From the NCBI RefSeq assembly GCF_006345805.1, contig NC_043015.1:12524001-12588000 (forward strand): a DNA stretch of 64,000 nucleotides. Reading direction: 5' to 3'. Positions 24,498 to 37,617 of this stretch are shown here, one piece after another (positions within the stretch are counted from its first letter, which is position 1; every line of letters starts with the position of its first letter). A program made the position numbers and the translations under genes. The DNA comes from Octopus sinensis (Eukaryota). The notes beneath the pieces are model-generated. The model ran no database searches. It was not told the DNA's origin and saw only the letters and a program-made list of their open reading frames with translations.

Positions 24498-25577
24498 ATC
24501 ATCATCATCATCATCATCATCGTTTAACGTCTGCTTTCCGCGCTAGCACGGGTTGGACGGTTCGACCGGGTCTGGGAAGCCAGGGGCCGCTCCAGGCTCC
24601 AGTCTGAATCTGGCAGAGTTTCTACGGCTGGATGCCCTTCCTAACGCCAACCACTCCGTGAGTGGATTGGGTGCTTTTTACGTGCCACCTGCACAGGGGC
24701 CGGAGGGTCCGGCATCGTCACGATCGGTTCGAGCATTTTAACGTGTCAGCGGCACGGGGGCAACGAGGTCCGGGGTACTTTGGGGATCGGGGTACTTTGG
24801 GGATCCAGGGTGGTGTTAGCAGTGGACATTCGTTATCGTCACTGAGTAACGTAATTAGGTAGAGGAAAGAAATACAGATATTCTAGAGTTGAGTTGGGGA
24901 GGGGGGGTCCAGTTGAGGCGGGTAGTATAGGGGAGCAACCAGTGGGGAAGGTTGGGGTAAGGAGGAACGATGGCAGGAAGGATTGGTGTAGGTTCGTAAG
25001 AAATAAGAACGTAGGATATTACGAGGTGGAAGGGTACTAAAAGGGGGATGGTCGGATTGAGGCAGTGTCAGGAGGAAGCAAAGATCGGTGGGCAGTTGAG
25101 CTATGGCGCTAGCAGCTTGTCTTTTCACAGTGAAAGCATATGAGGAGAAGGGGTAGTGGGGGGAGGAGGAGGGAGTAGGGCGTATCCGGTGTAGATGGTG
25201 AGAACAGGGTATACTGGTATTGGTGGTGGCGGTGAGAACAGTGTTCACCGGTATTGGTGGTGGCGGTGAGAACAGTGTTCACCGGTATTGGTGGTGGGGG
25301 TGAGGACAGTGTTCATCGGTATTGGTGGTGGGGGTGGGGGGGCGGGCGCACCGCCAATGGCGGAAAGATGGGAAAAGATAGGATTACGGCTTGAGGTAGC
25401 CTAAGGTTAAATTTCGTAGAGAGAGAGATAGGAAAGATAAATCAAGTTATGGCGAAGGCTTGAAAGTAGCCTAAAAGGTTAAATTTTCGTAGCGAATGAG
25501 ATGGGTAAGACGAATCAAGTTATCAATGTATGAATAAACGTAGTAACAACGAATAAAAATAGTAAGATAAATTTAAG

Positions 25578-25580
<3 letters not shown>
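24498..25580 (-). mobile_element. CpG-rich ~1.08-kb insert ending in the RTE-type (GAT)n tail, splitting an older SINE
   Basis: The host SINE reads ...aaactgaaaagcctgtc|insert|tatatata.... The insert carries the tail at 24498-24790, a GC-rich body and internal tandem repeats. Confidence 0.6.
25197..25335. repeat. 34-bp minisatellite, about 4 copies
   Basis: AG(A/G)ACAG recurs at 25201, 25235, 25269 and 25303. Unit GGTGAGAACAGTGTTCACCGGTATTGGTGGTGGC. Confidence 0.95.
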
Positions 25581-25620
<40 letters not shown>

Positions 25621-25869
25621 ATAATATATATGTATACACACACACACATAACAGGCTTCTTTTAATTTCCATTTACCAAATCCACTTGCAAGTCTTTGGT
25701 TGGCTTGGGTCTATAATAGCATATAGTTGCTCAAGGTGCTACACAGTGGGTCTGAATTCAAAACCATCTGGTCAGGAAGCAAATTTTTTACCACACAGCC
25801 GCCACAACTATGCTTATTCCTTAGTGTCAAGCTGTTTAGGACTCTTACTCTTAGTATTAACTTTATAGA

Positions 25870-25985
25870 TGGACTTGACAGAACACAGTGATTTTGGTCT
25901 GTTTGATTTATTGAAATTGTTCAATTGACCACAGTTAAAGCATTTCTTTTCATATGCAGAACAGCACCTCGAAGGATGTGATAAT
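25870..25985 (-). mobile_element. Ty3/gypsy gag zinc-knuckle relic
   Basis: Minus ORF segment HPSRCCSAYEKKCFNCGQLNNFNKSNR resembles the gag pattern CPAYGKKCxxCGKxNHFAKVCR. Confidence 0.55.
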
Positions 25986-25994
25986 ACTCTATTG

Positions 25995-26150
25995 CAGTGG
26001 TTCCCAACTTGGGGGGTGGGGGTGCAAAGGTAGTACTGGGGGTTCATGAACTAAATTCAAAATTTCATATATCTATATATACATAAGGATAAGTATATTA
26101 AAAGGGATCCATAGGAAAATTCATTTAAATAAAAGGGTTGGGAACCATTG
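25995..26150. mobile_element. hAT-type MITE
   Basis: TIRs CAGTGGTTCCCAAC / GTTGGGAACCATTG. No TSD recognisable. Confidence 0.65.
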
Positions 26151-26858
26151 TGAAAAAGTTTTTGCAAGTCTTTGGTTGGCCTGGGTCTATAATAGCATAT
26201 TGCCTCAATTTTTAACTTAGTTTCACTCAAGTTATGTGTTACTTACTATGTTTTCCTTGGTAAGTGTCTTCGCTTGTGACATGAAAATAGTTCTGTATTA
26301 GAAATTGGTTGTATTACTGACCCAAGAGCAAACTGTTTAACATCAAACTGGTTGTCACCTTAAATGTCATTACTGCATGCAACAACATTAGCATAACAAT
26401 GTTATCATAGGCTTGGTAGATAGGCACAGTATGAAGCTGTTGACCTGATACATTTACATAATTATAGTTGTCTTTAAATATAGCCTAAATTTCTTTATTG
26501 CAGTGGTTATATACATACATTGCAAGTGTCTCAGTGACTCCTAACATTTCCCCACTTTGACAATAGGCTACTCATTTGTTGACAAGTATTAATTGCAAAG
26601 AAGAAGTTAGGAACCCATTGTGGACTGGATGAATTACTATGGTTAGCTAGAAAACTGAGTGTAGGAAGAAGTGAATACCCAGGAAACATCAAGTCATCAT
26701 TGATATCACTTTTATCATGATCATGTGCTAGGATGCACTTTGATGGTTAGAAGTAACAAGATATGACTAAAAGTAGTATACATGAAAAATAAAGCTTGTT
26801 TTCTAGTTGGTTTCTCAATTCTATGTTATGATATTAACAATGGCATGACTTAGTTTAA

Positions 26859-27075
26859 CACTTTAGCATTCAAACAGGCCATATCCAGCCCAAATATTTG
26901 ATCTATTTTATGTTCAAACATGCCAGATCCTGCCTCTCACACCTACCCTACAGTATCATTCTAAACATAGACAATCACATCAAAATCATGAAGCTATGAG
27001 ATAATGCATAATTAATTTGAAATAATGTGGATAAATAAGCATTACAATTGATGAATTAATCTGAATGCTAAAAGG
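26859..27075. mobile_element. piggyBac-type MITE, same family as 15104-15324 in reverse orientation
   Basis: TTAA at 26855-58 and 27076-79. Internal sequence is homologous to 15104-15324. Confidence 0.7.
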
Positions 27076-27184
27076 TTAAGATTATGTAGTTGACCAACTT
27101 AGATATTGTTGCTTCAGCTAAAAATAGAGTTTGGGTTGTATTCTGTATCTTCTCTAAATTTTTATTTACTTTTTTTTTATTTAG

Positions 27185-27369
27185 ATAACTCAGAATATGT
27201 ACCAGTTCCTTTACCAAAAGTTTTGGAAACTGACTTTAAAAGGAAATGTGAGAGGATCCCTAACTACATTACATGTACCAACTGTTCAGGTGTCCTCTGT
27301 GAACCAACAACTGTAACCAACCATATCAAAAACAATCACATTGTTAAATGTGTTTCTAAAAAATCACTT
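27185..27369 (+). CDS. ZNF451: ZNF451-like coding exon (finger 4)
   Basis: Acceptor ttttttttatttAG|, donor CTT|GTAAGC, phase 1 to 0, matching both neighbours. Encodes CTNCSGVLCEPTTVTNHIKNNH (C-x2-C-x12-H-x4-H). Confidence 0.88.
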
Positions 27370-28259
27370 GTAAGCTGAAAATCACTTTCTTCTGTTTCCC
27401 TTCATAGTTTTAAAAAAGATTTTATTTGTATTTATTGTGAATTTTTAAAATTTTCCTCTTGTTCAGATTTACCACACCATAGGTTTCTCATCATTACAAA
27501 TCAGTTTTGTTTTCTTTTATTCATTTATTTATTACTTGGCATTACTTGTAAACAATAACCATTTTTGATAAATGTAATCATTTTTATTGCCCGCTTTTCC
27601 ATGCTTGCATAGGTCAGATAAAATTTGTAGAAGCAGATTTTTTTTTTTCCTGTTACCAGCCTTCACCTGCTTCCAAATAAAAGAATTTTTCCCCATGACA
27701 GAACATGTTCTCATAGAAGCTTGGAAATGGACACCTTTTGTATGATGGTGTCACTTGTTTACAGCAGTCACACAATGACAAGACAAGGAGATGCCAAACT
27801 CACACACACACACACACATATACATATATATATCATCATCGTTTAACATCCTCTTTCCATGCTGGCATAGGTTGGACAGTTTGACATGAAGTTGTCCTGC
27901 AGGGAGCTCCAACAGTTCATTGTGACATTTTCTAGTTGGATGCTCCTCTTAATGCCAACCACTTAACAGTATGCTGGGTACATTTTATGTGCCACTGGCA
28001 CAGGTGCTTTTTAAGTGACACTGCATCTGAAAGTCTTAGCTTCACACCTCTCATCCCTCTCTCTCTTTCGGAGAGGCACTGAGCAGCTATATGCACACAT
28101 ACACACACGGCAGTAACTTCCGCCTACCGAATTCAATCACAAAGCTTTGGTCGGCTCGGGGCTATAGTGGAAGACACCTACCCAAAGTGCCACGCAGTGG
28201 GACTGAACCCGAAACCATGTAGTTAGGAAGCAAGCTCCCTAACCACACAGCCATGCCCG

Positions 28260-28720
28260 AACAAATCACCACATCTCCTGGTGCCTTGTCATTTCACCAG
28301 TGAGGCCTAGCATCTGAAGATCCTTTCTCACCACTTCGTCCCACATCTTCCTAGGTCTACCCCTTCCATAGGTGCCCTCCACAATTAGAGCTACGCTTTG
28401 TCGTGCATGCACACTGACATTACTCATTCAGCAGAGCATGCTAGCTTCATTTCTTTCAAGCCTTTGCAGATCCTCAGTAGTCAAAGGCCATGTTTCATTG
28501 CCACGTAACATAGCTGTACGTACACAGGCATCATAGAATCTGCCTTTATCCCTAAGGGAGAGGCTCTTAGTTATTAACAAAGGTAGTTCTTTGAATTTTG
28601 CCCAGCCTGTTCTTATCCTAGCAACTGCACTTTCAGAACTTCTTCCACCTCTGCTAACTTGGTCTTCTAAGTAACAGAAGCTATCTACTACCTCTAGTGA
28701 TTCCGTTCCGCCAAGCAGTT
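28260..28720 (-). mobile_element. RTE-clade LINE 3' relic
   Basis: Reverse-complement homology to the RTE copies at 2110-2610 and 30960-31810 (GRPRKMWDEVVRKDL motif). Confidence 0.75.
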
Positions 28721-29804
28721 GAGTGAGCCTATTATCTCCATATTATCTCCGCAGGATCGCGGTTTCGATTCCCAGACTGGGCGTTGTGAGTGTTTATTGA
28801 GCGAAAATACCTAAAAGCTCCACGAGGCTCCGGCAGGGGGTGGTGATCCCTGCTGTACTCTTTCACCACTCTTTCTTCTGTTGGCCTGCTCGCTTAGCCA
28901 GCGGGGTGGCGTCATTCGAAGGCTAAAACAATGCGAACGCATTGTGACCAGCGATGTGTAACAACATCTGATGGTCTGGTCGGTCACGTGATATATATAT
29001 AATGAGCTTCTTTTAGTTTCTGTCTACCAAATCCACTCACAAGGCTTTGGTTGATCTTGGGCTAGAGTAAAAGACATTTCCTCAAAGTACTACTGAACCA
29101 GCAACCAGGTAGTTGGCAAGCAAGTTTCTTAACTATGGAGCCATGCTTGTGCCTAACATGAAAAAATTTTAACACAAGTGTAATCAAACATCTTGGTTTT
29201 ATCCATTGCAGATGTTACCAACCAATAAATTATATTATTTTGAAAGATTATCATTTCTGGTTGTCTAACAGCTATTTTCATTAAAGCCTCTCAGCATTAT
29301 TGACACTGTTATCAGCTCCTGTAACTACTTTCTACAGAACAAAGAAGCTCTTGACTAGTTGTTTGATCTGCTAAAAATTGCTGCCAACTGTCCTTCAAAT
29401 TATGTATAATGTAGTCATAGATACACTCTGTCTGAATAATAGACTGGATGACCTAGACTGCTGTTCTTTCACTTTACTTGCCCATGGTATCACATTGTCA
29501 GACTGAATTTGATGCCACATGGTTGAGAAGCAATCTTCTTAACAACACAACCATGCTTGTACCTATCTCTACATTTAGTTATCTTTCTGCTAACATTTAC
29601 TTTAAGGAAATGTCCTCAAAACCAACCAATAATTCTTTATTTGTTTAAAGACTGACTCTTTTTTTCTCTTGTAGTATTGTCTTTAATTTTAGATATTTAT
29701 ATGAATTCTTTTAATTTCAAGTGTCAATAACTCACTTTTGATCATTCCGTCTTATTGAAATGAATGGAAATGATTTATCATTTTCTCTCTCTTTTTCTCT
29801 TTCT

Positions 29805-29837
<33 letters not shown>

Positions 29838-30545
29838 CCTACTAAATGTGAGTAGCCATGCAGATCTGCTACAAGAACTTTCTCTGACCTTCCCCTTTCT
29901 CCCAGTTTAATCCCTTGTCCTTTAGCATGAAACTGAACCTCTACCTCCGCCTCCCAGTTTTGTAGTCTTACAAGCTGCATTGTGATTTTGATAGTGGAAG
30001 TGGCACAAAAAATAAGCACCCAGTATGCACTGAAAAGTAGTTGATTTTAGGAAAGACCTCCAGCCATAGAACCCATGCCAAAGCAGACATTAGAGCATGA
30101 CGCAGTCCTTGGACCCATCAGATCCTGTCAAACCATCCAACCCATGCCAGCATAGAACATGGACGTTAAATGATGATGATGATTTTACTCTATACTTTCT
30201 GCTCTATCATTACCATCAGATATAGTCTGTATTTGTGTACTTTATATCAGATTGTAAGCAATAACCTTCTTTGTAACAGGTTTCTAATGATTAGTCACTG
30301 GTCTACTGCATTTCTGAGAATGAGAGTAACAGGATGACATATAACTTGATCCATAACAAATATTGCATGTGATTTTGAACAATGAACACTTTTCTTTGGT
30401 TTCTTCACTGAAATTTGTATCTTTCACCAATTTGTTGAATGGGGGAAGGTGTTTTCAGGGTACCATGTTTAGTAATTTGGTGGTCACTTAGGAAACTGGT
30501 TATAGATGAATGGCTTGCTAGTGCTGTACATGCTATGTACAAAGT

Positions 30546-30936
30546 GTGGAGGCGCAATGGCCCAGTGGTTAGGGCGCCGGACTCGCGGTCATAGGATCAC
30601 GGTTTCGATTCCCAGACCGGGCGTTGTGAGTGTTTATTGAGCGAAAACACCTAAAGCTCCACGAGGCTCCGGCAGGGGATGGTGGTGATCCCTGCTGTAC
30701 TCTTTCACCACAACTTTCTCTCACTCTTACTTCCTGTTTCTGTTGTACCTGTATTTCAAAGGGCCGGCCTTGTCACTCTCTGTGTCATGCTGAATATCCC
30801 CGAGAACTACGTTAAGGGTACACGTGTCTGTGGAGTGCTCAGCCACTTACACGTTAATTTCACGAGCAGGCTGTTCCGTTGATTCGGATCAACCGGAACC
30901 CTCGTCGTCGTAACCGACGGAGTGCTTCTATGTCCC
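30546..30936 (+). mobile_element. Full-length tRNA-derived SINE with an 11-bp TSD
   Basis: A-box-like GGCCCAGTGGTTAGG and B-box-like GGTTTCGATTCCC. TSD ATGTACAAAGT at 30535-45 and 30937-47. Partial copies at about 28750-28990 (+), 59017-59175 (+) and 56345-56610 (-). Confidence 0.9.
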
Positions 30937-30959
30937 ATGTACAAAGTTGCAGTAAGTTA

Positions 30960-31810
30960 AATGAGAGTCAGCAATGATTTTAGTGACAAAATTAGAGTGA
31001 AGAAAGAGTTCATCAAGGTTCAATACTTAGTCTTTCACCTATTCATCATAGTCCTGGAGACCATTGCAGGGGGAGCTTAAGATTGGCTGCCCATGGGAAC
31101 TCTTATTTGCTGATGATCTAGTTCTCATGGTTGAAACAATAGTAGAATTAGAGAGGAAATTTCAAGCTAGATGCTAAACCTAGACCTTGAGGTAAACTTA
31201 GCAAAGACTAAGGTTTTAGTAAGTGGAAAAGGCAAGACTCTGGTATCTTTAGGAAATGTCCTTGCTCAATATGCAGAAAAGTAAGTATAAATTCTATATG
31301 TTGTATCCAATGTAAGCAATAACTACTCAACAGGTGTAGTGATCACAGATAGGTTAGAAGAAAAAGTAAGCTTCATATGTTATAAATGCACTGGAGTATT
31401 ATATACTATGGGCACACCAGAAAAAGATTCTCTTAAGTATCTAGATGGCTCACTAGCATTCAATAGCTTTTGCTACCTATGAAGTGTAAGTAGCAAGTCA
31501 GGTGGTTGCTCTCAATGTATGGCAGCCAAGGTAAGAATAGGTTGGAATAAGTTCAGAGAGCTACTATTGCTGCTGATAACACCTTTTATCCTTAGAGTGA
31601 AGGGCAGATTGTGTGACCCTTTTATTAGATCTGCAATGAGCCTTGAATGCTGAGAAAACTGAAAAGAAATGAAGTTAGCATGCTCCATTAGATGTGTAAT
31701 TGTAAGTGCACATGAATGACAAAGTACAAATCTCTCAAGAAAAACTGGGAACAAACAGAATCAGATGTAATGTATAAGAAAGAATACTGCACTGGTATGG
31801 ACATGTGATG
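30960..31810 (+). mobile_element. RTE-clade LINE RT and C-terminal relic
   Basis: LLFADDLVLMVET...AKTKVLVSGK...CSICRK...RIGWNKFRELLLLLIT..RVKGRL, with many stops and frameshifts. Confidence 0.8.
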
Positions 31811-32424
31811 TGTATATCGTGGAGTCTTTCAATTTCATTCAAAAAGTGGCTCTTAAGTGTAAAGAACTATCTACTGAATTACAGTTTAAGTAGCTGAGTA
31901 TTTCCAAAACACTTTAACTCTTGACACAAATAATTAAGCAGAATAGGTATGACACTACAGGTCAAGACTGAGCCCTCAAATCACAAGTAAAGACATTTTA
32001 ATGGACTTATTCTGTTTTCTGTCTATCCAGTTTTATTTACAAGGCTTGAGTCAACAGAAAGCTATGACAGATGATATCAAACTTGGAAACTGTTGATTTT
32101 AAAATGTGCTTCTTAACCACCTGACCATGTTCTTTTAATTTTAACCTTAGCAACTCTTAATTTTCATTAGTATTGTGCAATTAATTACATTACATAACAT
32201 ACTCTCTAGAAGAACTTTGGTAGTAGAACATACCCACATGCTCATAAACATTTATTTTTCTTATCTTCAGATTTAATTTTTTATTAAAAAGTCTGTTTTT
32301 GGTTAACCTTGGGTTTAGTCCTAAAAACATACCCTATGGCTTTTCATATTTTCATTCATGCTCCATATCTACATGTTTTGCTTTGTTTAAAATGTAAGAA
32401 TATGAATTTTATTTTATTTTGCAG

Positions 32425-33011
32425 AAAGACATATTCTCAAATTATATAGGAGAGGTAACCTGCTCTAGTTGCGAGCAAATATTTCATAAAAGTACCAATA
32501 AAATTATTGGCATGAAACATCAGTGTACTTTCGATAAAAGTGGTATTCTTTTGAAAACCAATTGCAAATCTTTTCGGGAATTTGTTTTGCGAAGCAGTTT
32601 AAGTTTACATGTTCTAAATTTGCACATTACATCTGCTGATTTAGAAGTACAGAACCCCAAGGCCAATTGCCACCATGACAATTTAAAAACAAATTTGAGA
32701 GTACTTTCAAAACGATGCAGAACTAAAGCCTCTGTGAGTTCGAGTAATTTTACCTGCAATAATAGACCATCAACACAATTTCCATTTAGTTCAAAACAAT
32801 TTAACCCACCAACTATTTGGAGTACTCAGGATCTTGACTGTTACAGAGAGAAGAGCGAGTTTATAAATAAACTGACACAAATGAAACATATAATTTTCCT
32901 TGACCTGGATAACTGGACAGGCATTTTCAAACATGTTCATCGTTACTTCCCTAATGAAACTTTTCTTTGGGCATTTTATGGGGCCAAAACAAAATGGTTT
33001 CCACCAAAGAG
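32425..33011 (+). CDS. ZNF451: ZNF451-like coding exon (atypical finger and start of the PIN-like domain)
   Basis: Acceptor ttttattttgcAG|, donor AAGAG|GTTAGT, phase 0 to 2. Encodes CSSC...KHQC and IIFLDLDNWTGIFKHVHRYFPNETFLWAFYGAKTKWFPPK, resembling the LDLDNW...TFIWGFQGG..WKPP segment of the ZNF451 C-terminal PIN-like domain. Confidence 0.9.
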
Positions 33012-33963
33012 GTTAGTTATTTGGATTTCTTTTACAAATGTTTTTCTTGTTTAATCCTTCGTTAGTCTCATTGAGCAAGCTTATGTTCAAAGATGCTCCA
33101 ATTGTGGCCATCCTATTTTTATATTAAGACATAGAATATCTAGGACTGCATTATTCTTGTATCTTTCTTTTTGTAAGATAATATTGTGTAACTTGAGTAT
33201 GATTTAGCCATTATTTCTAATGGGTCAAGCAACCACATAGAAGCTCCTAATTAGGTTGTTCTAAATTTTGTTGTTGGTATATTGTGTTCTTTGTTTGTGT
33301 TCATCATGTGTAGCCATTGTCTAAAGACAAAGAACAAGAAATATTATAACTGTCAATTACATATGTAAAAAAAAAAACAATCAGCTGCAACAACGGTAAA
33401 ATATTTAACAAAATATGTACAGCATATGGCTTTATTTAATCAGCTTATCATGTAGACAATGTTCTGCAAAGAATACTGGTAGTAACAATAAGACAATCTT
33501 GTATTTCATGAAGCTTGGAGATACCTGGTATTTTCTCAATGTATTGGTCAGTACCATTTTTAATTAAACTAAGTGCACTGACTGTTTCCAGGATTGTTCC
33601 TTCTGTTTTTATATTTTAGTCCAAGGACAAGAGTCAATGCTGACAGCCTTATAAATTTTCCCAGAAAGAGAATAATGTAATTGAAGATCAGCTTGAACTT
33701 TTGCAATTTACTTAAGAAAATGCAGGCAGTGAGGTAGATTTTAGTGCAAGATTTGAAGATGAGAAAAAGTAGGGAATGAGGTGAGGCAGGTGCTTTGAAT
33801 AGAGGTAGAAGAGATAGTGGGAAGATTCAGTGTGTTAGTGGTTGCATTGTGTTTGTGAATTAAAGTTTAACAGTCATTCAGATGTTATCTTGAATGTTTG
33901 TGTGTATGCAGGAACTGCTCTAACCGAGATATTGAACTGTGAGAACATTTGTATCACGTAGAG

Positions 33964-36455
33964 CAGAGGTTCTCAACATGGACCGAAAAGGGGTGCTAGA
34001 CATGTCAAAGAGCATGTTAGGCTTTAGGCGGTGGTGAGGTAACATAATTAACATAACTATAGTTGTAATTACATTATACATGATAAAACTAGTAATGATT
34101 ATTAAAATAAAATGAGAGATAAGTATGTATTATGGCTAAAGACATGATTTCTAACGTTATATTTCTGTTTTGACTAATATTTTTTAAGCACAGTCTTGCT
34201 TATTTTCTTCATATATTGTGATCTCCATTATATTTTTTTCAGTGATATAATTATATACAAATGTTGTGTGCATTATCCTTTTAAAAAGTTAGAATGAGTG
34301 GAAAAAGAAAATACCATCAATATTTGAGTGAATATTTGAAATATAGATGTATTCTGTCTATAAAAAATGAGCAATTGCCATTATGTTTAATGTGTGAAAA
34401 AACGTTCTGAAATGAAGCAACGACGCCTTCAAGAATGATTGAACATTTACAAAGAAAGGCACCCAGATAAAGCCAGAGAAGACGAGGACTACTTTCGCTA
34501 AATGAAAATTATTTAACAAGTTGTCTTACTCTCAAAGGGTTGTTTACCAAACAAACTAAACAAATAGAGTAGGGGTTGGTTGTTTTTTAAATTTTGCAAC
34601 GTGTGGAAAACCACATACTATTCATGAAACTCTTCTCTTACCAACTACAAATGAAGTTTGGATACTATGAATTGCCTAGGTTAAAGTGCTGTAACAGCAT
34701 CAATTCGTCTCAGTACTGTAGTGGCAAGAACAGATGACATGGCAAAAGATATAGAAAGTAAATTATGTGATGCTTTAAAAAACAAAGAATTTTTTTCACA
34801 ATGTAATGAGTCGACTTTATGCCACAATAAATCTTAGGTAATGGCCTACATCCATTATGTAAATTCAAATCAGAAAATTATTGAAGAACTTCTGTTTGTT
34901 GAAAAAATGGTACTTCACACAAAAAGTTCTGCAATTTTTTAGGTTGTTAAAGATTTTTTTAATGCTAAGAATATTCCACTCACAAATATTATTGCATTTG
35001 CAACAGATGGAGCACCAGTTATGATAGGCCATTATTGTAGATTTATAGCACGTTTAAAGGAAGCAGTTCCACATATATTTGTAGTTCACTATGTTATTCT
35101 TGAGACCACTTGACTGCAAAACATCTTAGTGGTAGACTTCATAACACATTGAATGATGTAATTAAAACAGTAAATAAAATCAGTGCCAGTGGCACGTAAA
35201 AAGTGCCATCCAATCGTGGCCGCTTGCCAGCCTCGTCTGGTACGTAAAAAGCACCCACTACACTCATGGAGTGGTTGGCATTAGGAAGGGCATCCAGCCG
35301 TAGAAACACTGCCAGATCAGACTGGAGCCTGGTGCAGCCTTCTGGCTTCCCAGACCCCAGTTGAACCATCCAACCCATGCTAGCATGGAAAGTGGACGTT
35401 AAATGATGATGATGATGATTCACTAAATGAATGTATCTTTCAGAAGCTTTGCCATGATAAAGAGAAAAAATTTAAGTACCTGTTGTTTCATACTGAAGTG
35501 CAATGATTTTTTTTTAATGAAAATTGTTTAAAGTGTTTTTATAAGCTCTCTAATACTGTTTTAGAATTTCTTAATTCATATGATGACATGTGTAATAAAT
35601 TAAGCAATGAAAGAGTTGACATTGCATATCTTTCTGATATTTTCACTAAATTAAATGAGGTTAACATAACATTAATTTACAAGGAAATATGAATTTAATT
35701 AAAGCAAAGATAATTGTAAAAGCATTTATCAGCAAATTATTGAGAAAAGGTTTTCTATATTTTCTAAGCCTACGCATAAAAGAAAACAATGATAGCAATT
35801 TCATATTAGATACAGATATAGATTGCTATTGTTCTCATCTGCAGACACTGAAAGAATATTTAATGATAAGGTTTAAAGATTTTACTGATTTTAACGAACA
35901 TGATCGGGTCTTAAATCCCTTTTTGATGCCAACCAAGTTTACATGAAAAAATTATCATCTTAAAAAATGATTTTGATGCTCAATATATTTCCAATAGCTT
36001 GGTTATGAATTATTCTGGCCCAAAATGCAAAGCAAGTATACTCAAATTTGGCAAGAAATTAAATTACTGTTCATTGCTTTTCCTGCTTCATACTTAGTAG
36101 AGAAAGGATTCAGTGTGGTGTCACAATTTCTGACTAAGCAACAAAAGAAATTAGCAATAAGTCAATGAGGAGACTTACAACTACTTTTGACTAACATTGA
36201 ATCTGAAATAGAAAATTTAGCCAGCTCTCATTGGGCACAGAGAAGTCATTAACTTGCAAACTTTTGTATTTATTAATTTTTTATCATTTCAGTTAAAAAT
36301 GAATTGTAATATATAATCCATTTTTTAATAAGATATATAAATTATCATCTATGTTAAGATAGTTTAGTCATGTATCTCACTTGCCATGTTGGTAGGTACT
36401 AGGCATAACAGCTACTTAAAAAGAGGCAAGGAAAAAAATAAGTTAAGAACTATTG
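33964..36455 (+). mobile_element. Full-length decayed hAT transposon (Buster/Charlie, ZBED5/SCAND3-like transposase) in a ZNF451-like intron
   Basis: TIRs CAGAGGTTCTCAAC / GTTAAGAACTATTG and 8-bp TSD acgtagag/atgtagag. Pseudo-ORF motifs PLCLMCEK, ATDGAPVMIG, LFHTEV, FPASYLVEKGFS. Interrupted by an RTE-tail repeat at about 35180-35420. Confidence 0.88.
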
Positions 36456-36758
36456 ATGTAGAGGCTCAACAGCTGTTCAAAGCTAAAGTAGTTCCTGATC
36501 TGATAAGAAGGCCTAGCCTTTAAAATTCAGTTTTAGCTATGTTATGAATATGTTGCAGCTATGAGAGATCATTACTATAACCTGCCTTTATGAATTTATG
36601 ACTTTGTGCCAATGTAAAATATTATTCTACCTTTATTGTTTTTATATACAAACAAATCTTAATATTATTTTCAAATATTGCTATGAAAGAACATCCAGCA
36701 ACTAAGTGATTGACTGTTCAATCTTCCACACGTTTCATTCTACAATACAATACCTATT

Positions 36759-36989
36759 TCTTTACTACCCACAAGGGGCTAAACACAGAGAGGACAAACA
36801 AGGACAGACAAACGAATTAAGTCGATTATATCGACCCCAGTGCGTAACTGGTACTTATTTAATCAACCCCGAAAGGATGAAAGGCAAAGTCGACCTTGGC
36901 AGAATTTGAACTCAGAACGTAGCAGCAGACGCAATACCGCTAAGCATTTCGCCCGGCATGCTAACGTTTCTGCCAGCTCACCGCCTTTC
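36759..36989 (-). mobile_element. tRNA-derived SINE (GCCTTTCATCCTTTCGGGGTCGA core family) with a long TSD
   Basis: Minus strand has a tRNA-like head with B-box GAGTTCAAATTC. TSD ctacaatacaata(c/t)ctatt at 36740-58 and 36990-37008. Other copies at about 200-375, 8570-8765, 39200-39375, 48600-48815 and 58195-58425. Confidence 0.88.
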
Positions 36990-37617
36990 CTACAATACAA
37001 TATCTATTATATTAAAGTGCTAACAACAGATTCCTGAGTATAAAAAAAAACTCTGTTACACAATAGAAAGGGGATGGTAAAGGTGTGTGTGCAAAAGAAA
37101 GATAGAGATTCAAATTTCAGCACACATACAGATAACAACAAGCTGTAGGTATGAGAGAATGGGGGATGTGTATATATGGCATACACACAGATGACAATTA
37201 GCTGTGGGTGTATGAGAAAGGACTAAGGTGTGCATATATGTGCACATGCCATAAGTGTTTATCTGTGCCAACCATATAATAATAAAGTGCTTCTCAAATT
37301 ATTTTCCTTATTGAAATGGTGTTTTGTCTGTTACAACAGACAATGATCATAGAGCATGACAGCAAGAATTGAATGGAGAGAGGCAGGAAAGATACTGGGA
37401 AAGACTGGGGGGAGTCCAAAGAAAAGAAAGAAGAATTAGGAATAAAGAGAGGAGAATCAGTAATGGGGAAAAACATTAACTTGGAAGAAAAGGAATGAAA
37501 TTAATGCAAGAAATGTAGCTGGAAGGTGTCATATGGAGAATGTTGAAGCCGAAGCTAATAAGGAAAGAAATTAATCAAGAAAGAAAAATGATAGACAATG
37601 TTTAAAAAAAAAAAAAC

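Noticed and set aside
25197-25335. 34-bp repeats as a CRISPR array
   Set aside because: The units are directly adjacent with no unique spacers, there are no cas genes, and the context is eukaryotic. It is a minisatellite.
30546-30620. tRNA gene (also 59017-59075 and other SINE heads)
   Set aside because: A/B-box-like motifs continue into a multi-copy SINE body flanked by a TSD, with no complete cloverleaf acceptor stem.
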